DNA of 64,000 bases, taken from Gemmatimonas sp. GTDB lineage: Bacteria; Gemmatimonadota; Gemmatimonadetes; Gemmatimonadales; Gemmatimonadaceae. The stretch lies in contig OZ257156.1 in the NCBI GenBank assembly GCA_965279375.1, positions 3,200,001-3,264,000 of the forward strand, in the 5' to 3' direction. Made by a program: the position numbers and the translations under genes. The notes beneath the pieces are model-generated. The model made no database searches. It saw only the letters and a program-made list of their open reading frames with translations, and was not told where the DNA came from. Shown here in pieces: positions 39,370-49,264 of the stretch. How positions within the stretch are numbered: position 1 is the first letter of the stretch; each line of letters begins with the position of its first letter.

Positions 39370-41313
39370 GTGAGCACAGCCGTTGCGCTGGCGCTAATCG
39401 CGTGCGTGCTGCAGATCGCCACAGCAGTCGTGGTGTTCGTCATAGCGCGCGCGCCCGACTGGCAACGCGCGCGATTGTTCGGGTTCATCGCGCTCACTGC
39501 GGCCATTTACAGCGGCGTTGACATCTGGGCGGTGTCAGAGCCACTACCCATCGAGGCACTCGATTGGGTGGTGCGCATCAATCTCACCACAGCCGGTTTG
39601 CACGCGTCTGCGTGGCTGCTCTACACGTTCGCAGACGCGAGTGGGTCGTGGCGCAGTCTCAGTCCGCGCGTTCAGCGGCTGGCGCTCGGCAATATTGTGC
39701 TCACGGCTGTGCTCGGACTGTCGGGGCTGGCCATCGATCGCACTGCCGATGTGCGAATGACCATTCCGTCGCTCGGCGTGGACTACTCGATCCCGACGCT
39801 GACAACCGTCGGCGCGATCACCACGATTCTCGTCTTCTCCACGCTGCTCGTTTCGATCGCCGAATGGGTGCGACGCGCCATTCGTGGCGAGCCAGGCGCA
39901 GTGGGATTGTCGATCGGGTTCTCGCTGTTTCTGCTGTGTGCGCTGGAAGAAGCGCTGGTGAGCTCCGGCGCGTTGCACTTCCTCTTTCTCAGCGACCTCG
40001 GCTACATCTTCACCGCCGTGCCGGTGTTCGTGCAGCTCGTGCGTCGCTTCACCGACGATGCGCGGCGCGTGGCGGCATTGTCGCTACGACTTGCCGACGA
40101 GGTGCAGGCGCGTACGCAGGAGCGCGACCAGGCGCGGGATGCGCTGCTGCAACAGGAGCGTCTGGCGGCACTCGGTCGGTTTGCGGCAGGGGTTGGGCAC
40201 GAGGTGAACAACCCGCTGCAGTTCCTCATGCTCAGCCTCGAGGAGTTGCGCAACTCGATCAGCGTTGAAGAACGACAGCGCCTCGCGTTGCCACTGTCGA
40301 ACGCCGCTGAAGGGGCGTCGCGCATCAGGCGCGTGGTGGACGGCCTGCGTACGTACGCGATGCCGTCGAGCGATCGGTTCGTGGCAGTGGACATCAATCA
40401 AGTCGTACGCACCGCCATGCGAGTGGCGAGCGCGCAGCTCCAGCGTGTGGAGCGGGTCATCGCCGATCTTGGCACTGTACCGCCGGTACTCGGCGACGAA
40501 GGGCAGTTGGTGCAGCTGCTCATCAATCCGGTGGTGAACGCGGCGCAAGCGCTGGGTTCGTCGCGTGCGGGCGGTGCAACGCTTGCCGTGCCCGCAGAGA
40601 TTCGGGTGACCACACGACGTACGGAGAGTGGCGAGGTCGAGGTGATCATCGCAGACAACGGTCCGGGGTTCGCTGCATCGGTGTTGCCGCGCTTGGGAGA
40701 GCCGTACGTCACGACTCGCGCGAGCGATGGCGGTACGGGGCTCGGCGTGTTCGTCACTCGCGGACTGGTGCAGTCGCACGGCGGACGTATAGCGATGCAG
40801 AACGCGGAGACGGGTGGCGCGGTGGTGCGGATCGTCCTGCCGGCGAGCGACGAGGCGCAGGTGGTGAGTGCGACTGACAGCGCATCGTCCTCGGGCGCAT
40901 TCGTGATTCCGCAGACTTCGCGGCGCCGCGTATTGCTTGTCGATGACGAACCGCAAGTGTTGCGCGTGCTCTCGCGCGGGCTGGCCGGCGCAGGTTACGA
41001 GGTGCTGTGCGCGTCGGGTGCGGTGGAGGCGCTCACGTTGCTCGACTCGGAGCCGGTGGATGTCATCGTCTCCGACCTGATGATGCCGAACGTCTCCGGA
41101 ATAGAGCTGGCCGCGCGCGTGGCCGCGTCGCATCCCGCGCTGTCGCCACGGCTGTTGTTGATGACAGGAGGCGTAGTCTCGGAAGACGCCGCGGAGATCG
41201 CGCACGTGCCCGCCGATCGTGTCTTGCACAAGCCGATCGCGATCGCGTCGCTGGTGCGACGGCTTCAGTCGTTGGACGCGGCCTCACAGCACGACGCGAT
41301 TACTGCGCCGTAG
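39370..41313 (+). CDS. Hybrid histidine kinase / response regulator with about 7-TM N-terminal sensor
   Basis: Seven hydrophobic segments; GVGHEVNNPL H-box, DNGPG, GTGLG, receiver LVDDE..DLMMP..KP. Confidence 0.88.
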   Translation: MSTAVALALIACVLQIATAVVVFVIARAPDWQRARLFGFIALTAAIYSGVDIWAVSEPLPIEALDWVVRINLTTAGLHASAWLLYTFADASGSWRSLSPRVQRLALGNIVLTAVLGLSGLAIDRTADVRMTIPSLGVDYSIPTLTTVGAITTILVFSTLLVSIAEWVRRAIRGEPGAVGLSIGFSLFLLCALEEALVSSGALHFLFLSDLGYIFTAVPVFVQLVRRFTDDARRVAALSLRLADEVQARTQERDQARDALLQQERLAALGRFAAGVGHEVNNPLQFLMLSLEELRNSISVEERQRLALPLSNAAEGASRIRRVVDGLRTYAMPSSDRFVAVDINQVVRTAMRVASAQLQRVERVIADLGTVPPVLGDEGQLVQLLINPVVNAAQALGSSRAGGATLAVPAEIRVTTRRTESGEVEVIIADNGPGFAASVLPRLGEPYVTTRASDGGTGLGVFVTRGLVQSHGGRIAMQNAETGGAVVRIVLPASDEAQVVSATDSASSSGAFVIPQTSRRRVLLVDDEPQVLRVLSRGLAGAGYEVLCASGAVEALTLLDSEPVDVIVSDLMMPNVSGIELAARVAASHPALSPRLLLMTGGVVSEDAAEIAHVPADRVLHKPIAIASLVRRLQSLDAASQHDAITAP

Positions 41314-41319
41314 GGCGCG

Positions 41320-44115
41320 TCACCGCTTGAGCTTTGCCCGCAGTTCGTCGAAGAAGTGCTGCACCACCACGAGTGTTGGCGTCCCTGCCATGTCTTCCCA
41401 CTTGTTGTCTTGCACCATGAGGAATCGCCGATCGTCCGGACTGATCGCAAACGTACCCCCAAGCGGTGATCCCGCGCGGATTCTCTCGGGTATCGCGAAC
41501 AGGGCACGCGGTGGTTCAGCCGAAAAGGGCGGACCGGGATTGATGCGCACCATCTGCATCTTTCCGTTGGCGACGTAGAACAACTCGCGCCCGTTACGCG
41601 CCCAGAGCGGTGCACTGCCACCGCCGCTCGAGACTTGCCACTTGCCGCCGTTCACATCCGGAAATGGGCGCACGAACACCTCGTTTGTGCCCTGCTCGTT
41701 CGACACATAGGCGATCCAGCGGGAATCGGGCGACACCGCCGCCCCCGTCGCCTCGGATCCCGTCGCCACAAGTCTACGTGCCGCGCTGTCCGCTCCCGGG
41801 CGCGCCACGAGAATTTCTGTCGACGTCGAAGGCCGGGTCGACCCGGTCGCGCCGAGTACGAGCCACCGGCTGTCCGGACTCCGGAACGCGTCGCTCGGAA
41901 CATCCTTGTCCCAAACGAGCGCAGGTTCGCTCGTGCCGTCCGCCACCTGCTCCCACACATGGAACGGGTTCACGTTCGAGACCGCATCGGTTGCGAGTGG
42001 CCGGTCAGAGAGAAACGTGACGGCACGCCCGTCTGGTGTCCACGCTGGCGAGCGATCCGCACCGGCGTGCTGCGTGAGCCTCGTCGCAGGACCCGCCGGC
42101 AACTGCTTGATCCATATATCCGTGCCAAGATCAGTGAGCAGCGTGAGCGCAATGCGCCGTCCATCGGGCGACAGTGCGAGTCCCCACTCCACCTCCTCTA
42201 ACCCGCGGTAGCCGCCGCCCGTATTCACCTGCCACGTGGAGTCCACCGGCTCGACGCTCCCAGTTCGGTCCACCCAAACGACAGTCGCATTGGGCACGGG
42301 GCCCGGCGCAAATTCCGAGCGTCCCAGCAGGTAGTACGCGGTCCCTTCGTGCGAGATCACGAAGCCCGGCGCCTGAATCCCGTCCAGCACTGCCACGGGT
42401 TTGCCGGTCGTCGCAAGCGCAGCGTTATCCCAGGGCGCGGCCATGAGCGTGCCACCGCTCGTCAGGTACAGCACGTGTCCTGTGGGAACGTGCCACGCTC
42501 CGATGGCATCCTCGAAGAGCGCGCGGATGGTATCCCGTCCCGCGTCATACACATACACTCGACTCGGCCGACAGCTGACCGGTCCGACGCACTCCGTGCG
42601 ATGCGCGGTGAAGAGCACACCACGCGAGGCAGGAAGCGGTGATGGTAACCACGGGAACCGCCCCTCAAGCATCTCGCGTGACACGATCACTTTCGAGGTG
42701 GCCTCTCCGGACCGAAGGCGCTTGAGCGTGCGCGTTGTCGCGTCGTAATAGACAATCGAACCGTCTTCGAGCCACGCGCCGCGGTTGTAGGTGGAGTCGA
42801 CGGAGTCCTCGAGCTTGAGGGATGCACCGCCCGTGCTCGGGATTCGGCGCAGTTGCCCGCTGGCGATGAATCCGATCCATGCACCATCGGGAGAGAAGAA
42901 CGGTCCCGAGCCTCCTTCCGTGCCGGCGAGCGGCCGCGCCACGACTTCGTCGCGACGCTTGATGTACAGTTGGCCGGGCCCCGTGAGCGGTCTGCGGAAG
43001 ACCAAGGACGATCCATCGGGTGAGATCGCCGCCTCGACTCCGAATGTGATTCCGTCGAGGGCACCGGGCGCGCCGAGCGATGTCGGATAGCGCGCGACAG
43101 ACGTCGTTTCACTTGTGCGAGTCGAATCGTTGGTGGCCAGCACGAAGCCCAGCGCCGAAAGGCTCAGCACCGTCACGGCTAGCAAGGCGGGCAGCGCGAA
43201 CCGTCGAGATGCCAGAGCATTGCCGCCGACAGTAGCCGTCGTCGCCAGGGGCGACGTGAACGCCGGATTGTGAAGCGCGTCGGCAAAGGCCTTTGCGCTC
43301 TCGAAGCGGTCTGCCGGGAATTTCTCCAACGACGTTGCGACGGCTGCCGCGACGTTGGGCGGGACGGCCTTGCGAAGCTCTCTGACCGGACGGGCCACAT
43401 CCGACACGATCTTCAGAATGATCGCCTGCGCCGATGGGCCTGTATGCGGAGGTTCACCCGTCAGCAATTCATATAGCACGGAGCCGAGCGAGTAGATGTC
43501 CGAGCGATTGCTGATGTGCTTGTCGGCGGTCGCTTGCTCAGGAGACATGTAGTGCGGCGTTCCCAGCGACAAGCCCGTCTCGGTCATGCGGCCACCGGCC
43601 GCCGCGCTCACCGCCAGAGCAATACCGAAGTCCGCCACGAACGCGCGACCTTCTCGAAGGAGAATGTTCTCGGGCTTGATATCCCGGTGAATGACACCCT
43701 GCTCATGTGCGTGCTGCAAAGCGTCCGCGACATCGGTGGCAATCCTCACCGCCTCGTCGACGCTCATCTGCTGCTCGCGATCGAGCTTCGCCCTGAGCGT
43801 TTCACCTTCGATGTACGGCATGACGTAGTACAGGAGCCCAGTGCCACCGCCGTGCACCGCTGCCGTACTGCCACTGTCGTACAACGGCAGAATGTGCGGG
43901 TGCTGGAGTCGAGCGGTGGTCTTGATCTCCTGCAGGAACCGGTCGGCGCCGAGCACGACCCCGAGCTCGGGGCGCAGCACCTTCAGCGCGACGTTTCGGT
44001 CATGCTTCACATCGTGCGCGAGGTAGACGGTCGCCATGCCGCCTTCGCCGAGTTGACGCTCGATGCGGTAACGGTCGGCGAGGGCAGCGGAGAGCAGCTC
44101 GCGGATTTCATCCAT
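41320..44115 (-). CDS. Hanks-type Ser/Thr protein kinase with TM and PD40/TolB-like beta-propeller
   Basis: LGEGGMATVY, VALKVL, HRDIKPEN, DFGIA, GTPHYMSPEQ; many SPDG repeats. Confidence 0.95.
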   Translation of the reverse strand: MDEIRELLSAALADRYRIERQLGEGGMATVYLAHDVKHDRNVALKVLRPELGVVLGADRFLQEIKTTARLQHPHILPLYDSGSTAAVHGGGTGLLYYVMPYIEGETLRAKLDREQQMSVDEAVRIATDVADALQHAHEQGVIHRDIKPENILLREGRAFVADFGIALAVSAAAGGRMTETGLSLGTPHYMSPEQATADKHISNRSDIYSLGSVLYELLTGEPPHTGPSAQAIILKIVSDVARPVRELRKAVPPNVAAAVATSLEKFPADRFESAKAFADALHNPAFTSPLATTATVGGNALASRRFALPALLAVTVLSLSALGFVLATNDSTRTSETTSVARYPTSLGAPGALDGITFGVEAAISPDGSSLVFRRPLTGPGQLYIKRRDEVVARPLAGTEGGSGPFFSPDGAWIGFIASGQLRRIPSTGGASLKLEDSVDSTYNRGAWLEDGSIVYYDATTRTLKRLRSGEATSKVIVSREMLEGRFPWLPSPLPASRGVLFTAHRTECVGPVSCRPSRVYVYDAGRDTIRALFEDAIGAWHVPTGHVLYLTSGGTLMAAPWDNAALATTGKPVAVLDGIQAPGFVISHEGTAYYLLGRSEFAPGPVPNATVVWVDRTGSVEPVDSTWQVNTGGGYRGLEEVEWGLALSPDGRRIALTLLTDLGTDIWIKQLPAGPATRLTQHAGADRSPAWTPDGRAVTFLSDRPLATDAVSNVNPFHVWEQVADGTSEPALVWDKDVPSDAFRSPDSRWLVLGATGSTRPSTSTEILVARPGADSAARRLVATGSEATGAAVSPDSRWIAYVSNEQGTNEVFVRPFPDVNGGKWQVSSGGGSAPLWARNGRELFYVANGKMQMVRINPGPPFSAEPPRALFAIPERIRAGSPLGGTFAISPDDRRFLMVQDNKWEDMAGTPTLVVVQHFFDELRAKLKR

Positions 44116-44171
44116 GCGCGTCGCCTAGCGGATGTGAAATGAGGCTTCGGAAGTCGCGTTTCGGTCCAATG

Positions 44172-44205
44172 CGCGCTGCATCTCGCGCTGCAACTCGCGC
44201 TGCTA
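44172..44205. repeat. Imperfect 12-bp tandem repeat (about 3 copies) between MFS and kinase genes
   Basis: CGCGCTGCATCT / CGCGCTGCAACT / CGCGCTGCTA. Confidence 0.7.
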
Positions 44206-45501
44206 GTCGTCCGCCATTGTCTGCGCATGCCGCGTTTCCGGCATCGTCACGTATACGGCAAGCGAGGCAACGATGCACGCGGTGACGTACCAGTAGAACC
44301 ACGACTCGTGGCCCATGTTCTTGAACCAGAGCGCGAGATACTCTGCCGTGCCACCAAAGACCGAGACCGCGATCGCGTACGGAAAGGCGACGCCGAGTGC
44401 GCGGATGTTGGCGGGGAAGAGTTCGGCCTTGACCACCGCGTTGATCGCGGTGTAGCCGCTGATCACGAGGAGTGCGAGCGTGAGCAGGAGCATTGCGCTG
44501 GTGACCGTCGCGACGTGCGACAGCGAGGAGAGCAGGGGGAGCGTTCCCAGCGAGCCGATGACGCCAAAGGCGGTGAGTACCGGTCGACGGCCGATTCGAT
44601 CGGAGATGGCGCCGACGATCGGCTGGGCGCACATGAAGATCGCGAGTGAACCAGCGGACGCGAGGGTTGCGTCGTTCTTGCTGAGTCCCGCGGTGTTGAC
44701 GAGGAACTTCTGCGCGTACGTGGTGAATGTGTAGAACGCGACGGTGCCACCGGCGGTGAGTCCGACGACTGTTGCAACGCTTCGCGGATGTGCGAGGAGT
44801 CCTCGCAGCGTCGAGGCAGGAGTCACGGACGTGGCGGGGCTGGAGACGCGCTGGAATGCGGCGGTCTCTTCCAGTCCACGTCGGAGCGAAATCGCGACCA
44901 GCGCGCACGCGGCGCCGATGATGAAGGGGATGCGCCATCCCCACGATTCGAGCTGCGGTGTATCGAGGACGCGCTGCAGCACGAGGAGCACACCGAGTGC
45001 GAGCAATTGTCCCATGATCAGTGTGACGTACTGGAAGCTGGACCAGAATCCACGATGCTTCTGCCCCGCCATTTCGCTGAGATACGTCGCGCTGGCACCA
45101 TACTCCCCACCGACGCTGACGCCCTGCATCATGCGCGCCACCACGAGCAGGACTGGCGCGGCCACACCGATCGACGCGTACGACGGGGTGATGGCGATGA
45201 GCAGTGAGCCGGCGCACATCAGCAGCACCGACGCGGTGAGAGCCGTGCGTCGGCCGTGACGATCAGCGTACCGCCCCATGAGCCAGCCACCGACGGGGCG
45301 CATGAGAAATCCAACCGCGAAGACTGCGGCCGCGTTGAGCAGCTGCGCCGTCTGGCTGGCCGGCGGGAAGAACGATTTGGCGAAATAGAGCGAGAAGGCG
45401 GAGTAGACGTACCAGTCGTACCACTCGACGAGGTTGCCGACCGACCCGCCGATGATGGACCGGAGTCGATGGGATGCAGACGGCGGTGTCGCAGTGGCCA
45501 T
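44203..45501 (-). CDS. MFS metabolite:H+ symporter, alpha-ketoglutarate permease KgtP-like
   Basis: GSVGNLVEWYDWYVY, GFLMRP.GG, QG.SVGGEYG.SATYLSE, WGWRIPF, KAELFP, GGTAEY. Confidence 0.9.
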   Translation of the reverse strand: MATATPPSASHRLRSIIGGSVGNLVEWYDWYVYSAFSLYFAKSFFPPASQTAQLLNAAAVFAVGFLMRPVGGWLMGRYADRHGRRTALTASVLLMCAGSLLIAITPSYASIGVAAPVLLVVARMMQGVSVGGEYGASATYLSEMAGQKHRGFWSSFQYVTLIMGQLLALGVLLVLQRVLDTPQLESWGWRIPFIIGAACALVAISLRRGLEETAAFQRVSSPATSVTPASTLRGLLAHPRSVATVVGLTAGGTVAFYTFTTYAQKFLVNTAGLSKNDATLASAGSLAIFMCAQPIVGAISDRIGRRPVLTAFGVIGSLGTLPLLSSLSHVATVTSAMLLLTLALLVISGYTAINAVVKAELFPANIRALGVAFPYAIAVSVFGGTAEYLALWFKNMGHESWFYWYVTACIVASLAVYVTMPETRHAQTMADD

Positions 45502-45622
45502 GTCGATGATGGAGGTGGGACGCGCGGTAACTGCCGTGGCGCTGGTTGCAACGCTAGCATTCACATCTGCTTCACGTCGTGGCGATGCCTGCCACGCACA
45601 TCCCCCCGGAGAACTCCCGCTG

Positions 45623-46099
45623 GTGCTTCGTTTTATCGCGGCGTTCAAGTTCAGTCAAGCAATTACACTGATCGGCGTGGCGCTGGCCGCGTTTCAGCTC
45701 CTGCGTCCAGAAATCGCGAGGCTGGTGCAGAACTGGGTCGACACGTTGCCGATCGCGAGCGAGCAGACGGCCGTCGAGCATTTCGTCGGGTGGACGATGG
45801 GACTCGCGCCGCACCAGGTGATGGGGATCGGCTTTGGCGCGCTGCTGTACGCGCTGCTCTTCCTGGTCGAAGGGATCGGGCTCTGGCGGAAGAAGGCGTG
45901 GGCGGAGTGGCTGACCGTGATTGCCACAGGACTCCCGATCCCGTTGGAGATCTGGGAGGTGACGCGCCACGTCTCGCCGCTCGGCGTCGCCGCCCTCGTG
46001 GCCAACGTGGCGGTGGTTTGGCTGCTCATGCGACATCTCCGCCAGAAGCAAGCGCGAAAGCCGGCGGAGGCGCACACCGGTACGGCTCAGGTCCGATAG
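45623..46099 (+). CDS. DUF2127 family membrane protein
   Basis: LRFIAAFK, YALLFLVEGIGLW..K.WAEWLTVIATG..IP.EIWE; GTG start after GGAG chosen. Confidence 0.75.
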   Translation: MLRFIAAFKFSQAITLIGVALAAFQLLRPEIARLVQNWVDTLPIASEQTAVEHFVGWTMGLAPHQVMGIGFGALLYALLFLVEGIGLWRKKAWAEWLTVIATGLPIPLEIWEVTRHVSPLGVAALVANVAVVWLLMRHLRQKQARKPAEAHTGTAQVR

Positions 46100-47358
46100 C
46101 GCGCGATCATTCGTTGCAGTCGGTGTACCGCTTCGGTCACGGCCGTCTCCGTTGGCCCAAAGGAGAATCGGAGATACTGGCGGAATCGTGAGGTGTGATC
46201 GGCGCGACGCTTGCCGGGATTGATGTCGAAGAAGATGCCCGGGACCGTGATGACGTGTTCCGCCAGCGCGGCCTCGAAGAATGCTTCGCCATCGTTGAGC
46301 GGCGCGGGGAGCGACGACACACTGGCCCACACGTAGAAGCCTCCTTCCGGCTCTTGCTCCACGGTCAGTCCGGCCGCGCGCAGTCCGTCAGACAGAATGC
46401 GACGCTTGCGCAAGAACGCGTCGTGAATGGACACGACTTCCTGACGCGCGCGTTCCGGGTCGAGCAGCGCTGCGGCCGCCTCCTGCAACGGACGGTTACC
46501 ACCGCCGTCGAGAAAGCTGCCCGCGCTGGTGACGGCCTCGATCATAGACGCGGGGCCAACAATCCAGCTCAGCCGCCAGCCGGGGCAGCGCCAACCCTTG
46601 GTGAGTCCGTCGAGAATGACAACGGGATCGCTGTTCACGTCGTCAACATGCGCTGCCGCCGAGACGGTCACGTTGGCCTGCAGGTCCTGGCGCCAGATGT
46701 AGTGCGAGTAGAACTCGTCGAGGATGAGCGAGCAACGCAGGTCGCGCGCTTCACGCACCCAGCCCGCCAGCGCACTGCCTTCGAGCAAACGCCCCGTCGG
46801 ATTGGACGGATTGGAGAGCAGGAGCGCGCCGAGTCCTCGTCCGGTCACTTCGCGGCGCAGCTCCGCCGTGGAGAGGGCATAGCCCGAGCCCGGTTCAAGG
46901 AGAATGGGAATGGCGGAGAAGGTGCCGAAGATCTCGAGCAGCTCTTCGTACGCGGTATAGTCGGGGAGGACGTGGCCGAGGTTGATGTTGCCCAGCGAGG
47001 CGACGACACGAGTCAGTGACGCGCGACCACCGCCACAGATGCACACGTTCTCTGGACCGTACTGCGACTCGCGTCCTTGCCGGTACCGCGCGTTGTAGAG
47101 ATTCGCGACGGCGCGACGGAGCGCGTCGATGCCACCGACGGGTGCATACTCGTAGTCGTCAGCGTTGATGTGCACGTCCGCCGGCCGCGCGGGGCCCCCG
47201 GGGAGCGGTCCCGTCTCCGGTTGCCCTTGCCCGAGATTGCACCATGCCTGCCCGTCGGAGCCGTAGCCAAGTTCTTTGGCGCGGTCCATGACGTAGATGA
47301 CGCCCGTGCGTGGCACGGAACGAAACGCGGGAACGGCCGGACGATCCAATTCAGACAT
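46087..47358 (-). CDS. PLP-dependent class I/II aminotransferase
   Basis: NLGQGQPE, SNPSNPTG, LDEFYSHY, GLTKGWRCPGWR (PLP lysine), RFSFG. Confidence 0.9.
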   Translation of the reverse strand: MSELDRPAVPAFRSVPRTGVIYVMDRAKELGYGSDGQAWCNLGQGQPETGPLPGGPARPADVHINADDYEYAPVGGIDALRRAVANLYNARYRQGRESQYGPENVCICGGGRASLTRVVASLGNINLGHVLPDYTAYEELLEIFGTFSAIPILLEPGSGYALSTAELRREVTGRGLGALLLSNPSNPTGRLLEGSALAGWVREARDLRCSLILDEFYSHYIWRQDLQANVTVSAAAHVDDVNSDPVVILDGLTKGWRCPGWRLSWIVGPASMIEAVTSAGSFLDGGGNRPLQEAAAALLDPERARQEVVSIHDAFLRKRRILSDGLRAAGLTVEQEPEGGFYVWASVSSLPAPLNDGEAFFEAALAEHVITVPGIFFDINPGKRRADHTSRFRQYLRFSFGPTETAVTEAVHRLQRMIARYRT

Positions 47359-47391
47359 GATGTGCGGACAAGAAGTTCAAGCGGAGAGCAG

Positions 47392-48501
47392 TCAGGGAAC
47401 GATGAGTGCCTTGACGACGTCGCGGTTGGCGACGGCGGCCAACGCCTCGTTGGCCTGCGATAACGAGTAGCGCGCGGAGACGGCCTCGAGCCAAGGCAGT
47501 GCAGCGCCCTGATGCGCGAGCAGCTGCAACGCGCGATGGAAGTGCGAGTAGTCGCATCCCCAGCAGCCGCGGATCTCGGCGTGTTTGCGATTGATCTGGA
47601 GATGCGGATTGATGCTGATGTCGCCGCCGTTGGTATACTGGCCCGCGACGACGACCACCCCGCCGTCACGCACCATCTCGAGCGATTGCGACACCGCGTC
47701 AGGCGCGCCGGCCACCTCAATGACGACATCCACACCGCGTCCGCCATTGGCCGCGCGCACCGCATCGGCGCGTTCGGCAGGCGGCAGATCGAGCGGCACG
47801 ACATGCGTCGCACCCATGCGCTTGGCGAAGTCGAGTCGCGCGTTCGGCGCGCCCACGGCGATGACGGGATACGCACCGGACAGTGAGGCGAGGGCAATCG
47901 CGGCTTGCCCAACCGGTCCGACGCCCAACACGGCCACCGAGCTGCCCAGGCGCACGCCTCCACGTTCTACGGCGTGCATCGCCGTCACGAGCCCGCAGCC
48001 CCCCGCGATGAAGCGCGCCGGATCGACGCCATCGGGGATGCGCAGGATCTTCACGCCGGGCTTCATCCAGATGTGGTCTGCCCACCCGCCCAGCGGCCCA
48101 TCATTCACACCATACGTGATGCCGTAGACCTTGCGATGCGGGCATCGCGTGGACTGGCGCGTGACCAGACATTCGTAACACGCGCCGCACGTCTCATGCA
48201 CATCGAGAAAGGTGACCAGATCCCCTTCGCGAAACGGCACGCCGTCGATGTCGCGCACCGTGCCGTGGATGGCCGTCAGGTGTCCGACTGATACGTGTCC
48301 GGGCACGATGGGGTAGGGCACGCCCGACAATCGCCCGTGATGCAGATGCACGTCCGTTCCGCACACCTCCGAATACAGCGTGCGCAGCATCGCGCTGCCG
48401 GGCGTCAGCGTCGGCCACGGCAGCTCTTCCACGACGATGGGCGCGTGTGGTGCGCGCATGACCGCGGCACGCACTACAGATGCGGAGCTTGCGGCCGTCA
48501 T
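47392..48501 (-). CDS. Zinc-dependent medium-chain alcohol dehydrogenase
   Basis: VCGTDVH, PGHVSVG, CGACYEC..C structural Zn site, GVGPVG Rossmann motif. Confidence 0.88.
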   Translation of the reverse strand: MTAASSASVVRAAVMRAPHAPIVVEELPWPTLTPGSAMLRTLYSEVCGTDVHLHHGRLSGVPYPIVPGHVSVGHLTAIHGTVRDIDGVPFREGDLVTFLDVHETCGACYECLVTRQSTRCPHRKVYGITYGVNDGPLGGWADHIWMKPGVKILRIPDGVDPARFIAGGCGLVTAMHAVERGGVRLGSSVAVLGVGPVGQAAIALASLSGAYPVIAVGAPNARLDFAKRMGATHVVPLDLPPAERADAVRAANGGRGVDVVIEVAGAPDAVSQSLEMVRDGGVVVVAGQYTNGGDISINPHLQINRKHAEIRGCWGCDYSHFHRALQLLAHQGAALPWLEAVSARYSLSQANEALAAVANRDVVKALIVP

Positions 48502-49133
48502 GACGTCTCCGGGTGATGCGAGACCGAGACGCTGCTCAGGAGCGCGCGGCCAGTGATGCGAACGATCGACACAGGTTGTCCGAGGGCGGGGACTTGATTG
48601 GGAAGGCGCTCGCCGCGCGGCGCACGCAGATACTCGACCGAGCCCAGAACGGCCCGCGCAGAGTTCTCGACGACGACGTGCGACGGGAGCAGGATTTCGA
48701 CGTTGCCGAACGTCGCGTGAATCGAAATTTCGGTCACGCCGTCGGCGAAGTCCGCATCGCGCAGGTCCAGCTCGACGTTGCCCAAGCGCGCGGTGATCTC
48801 GAGCAGCGGAGGTACCGCGGTAAAGCCGGCACGTTCGACGTTGCTGAGAAAGGAGCTGATCTTGAGGCTGTTCGTGGTGCTCGAGTCGCTGCCGCTCCGA
48901 CCGACGCCGCGCGCATCCGACGCCATGGCCGGCAGATCGCGGGTGAGCAGCGCCAGGTCGTCTCGGGTGGAGGCGCGGTACACCGCATCGAGCCGCTGCT
49001 CGAACTCGTCCATCGGCAGCACATCGCGTGCGTACGCATCGGAGAGATGGGCGATCGCACGCTCCCGCTCATCGCCCGCGAGTCGCAGAGCTGGTGAGAG
49101 ACTGGGCTTGTCGCCGCGCGGATCAGCAGCCAT
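48498..49133 (-). CDS. DUF1707 (SHOCT-like) plus LiaF/DUF2154-like domain protein
   Basis: DERERAIAHLSDAYA...EFEQRLD.VY.A.TR.DL..L..DLP; C-terminal G.VELDLRDA, FG.VEILLP. Confidence 0.8.
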   Translation of the reverse strand: MAADPRGDKPSLSPALRLAGDERERAIAHLSDAYARDVLPMDEFEQRLDAVYRASTRDDLALLTRDLPAMASDARGVGRSGSDSSTTNSLKISSFLSNVERAGFTAVPPLLEITARLGNVELDLRDADFADGVTEISIHATFGNVEILLPSHVVVENSARAVLGSVEYLRAPRGERLPNQVPALGQPVSIVRITGRALLSSVSVSHHPETS

Positions 49134-49264
49134 GACCGGGGTATGAGGGCACATTGCAAAGTACCGCTCGCCACCGCCGCTCGACAGCGTTGCTCGACCA
49201 TACACCAGCGAACGCACGGCCTACTATTCGGGACCGATCGTCGCGCCTTCCTCTCCCCTCGCAT

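Noticed and set aside
41320..44115. Ser/Thr kinase-PD40 protein as a novel system
   Set aside because: This architecture is a common expanded paralog family in Gemmatimonadota and Acidobacteriota; no dedicated partners adjacent.
44172..44205. Short repeats as a CRISPR remnant
   Set aside because: 12-bp units without spacers and no cas genes.
45585..45625. Possible frameshift at a C6 run joining ATG 45585 to the DUF2127 frame
   Set aside because: An in-frame GTG at 45623 with an upstream GGAG gives a normal-looking protein, so no frameshift is needed.
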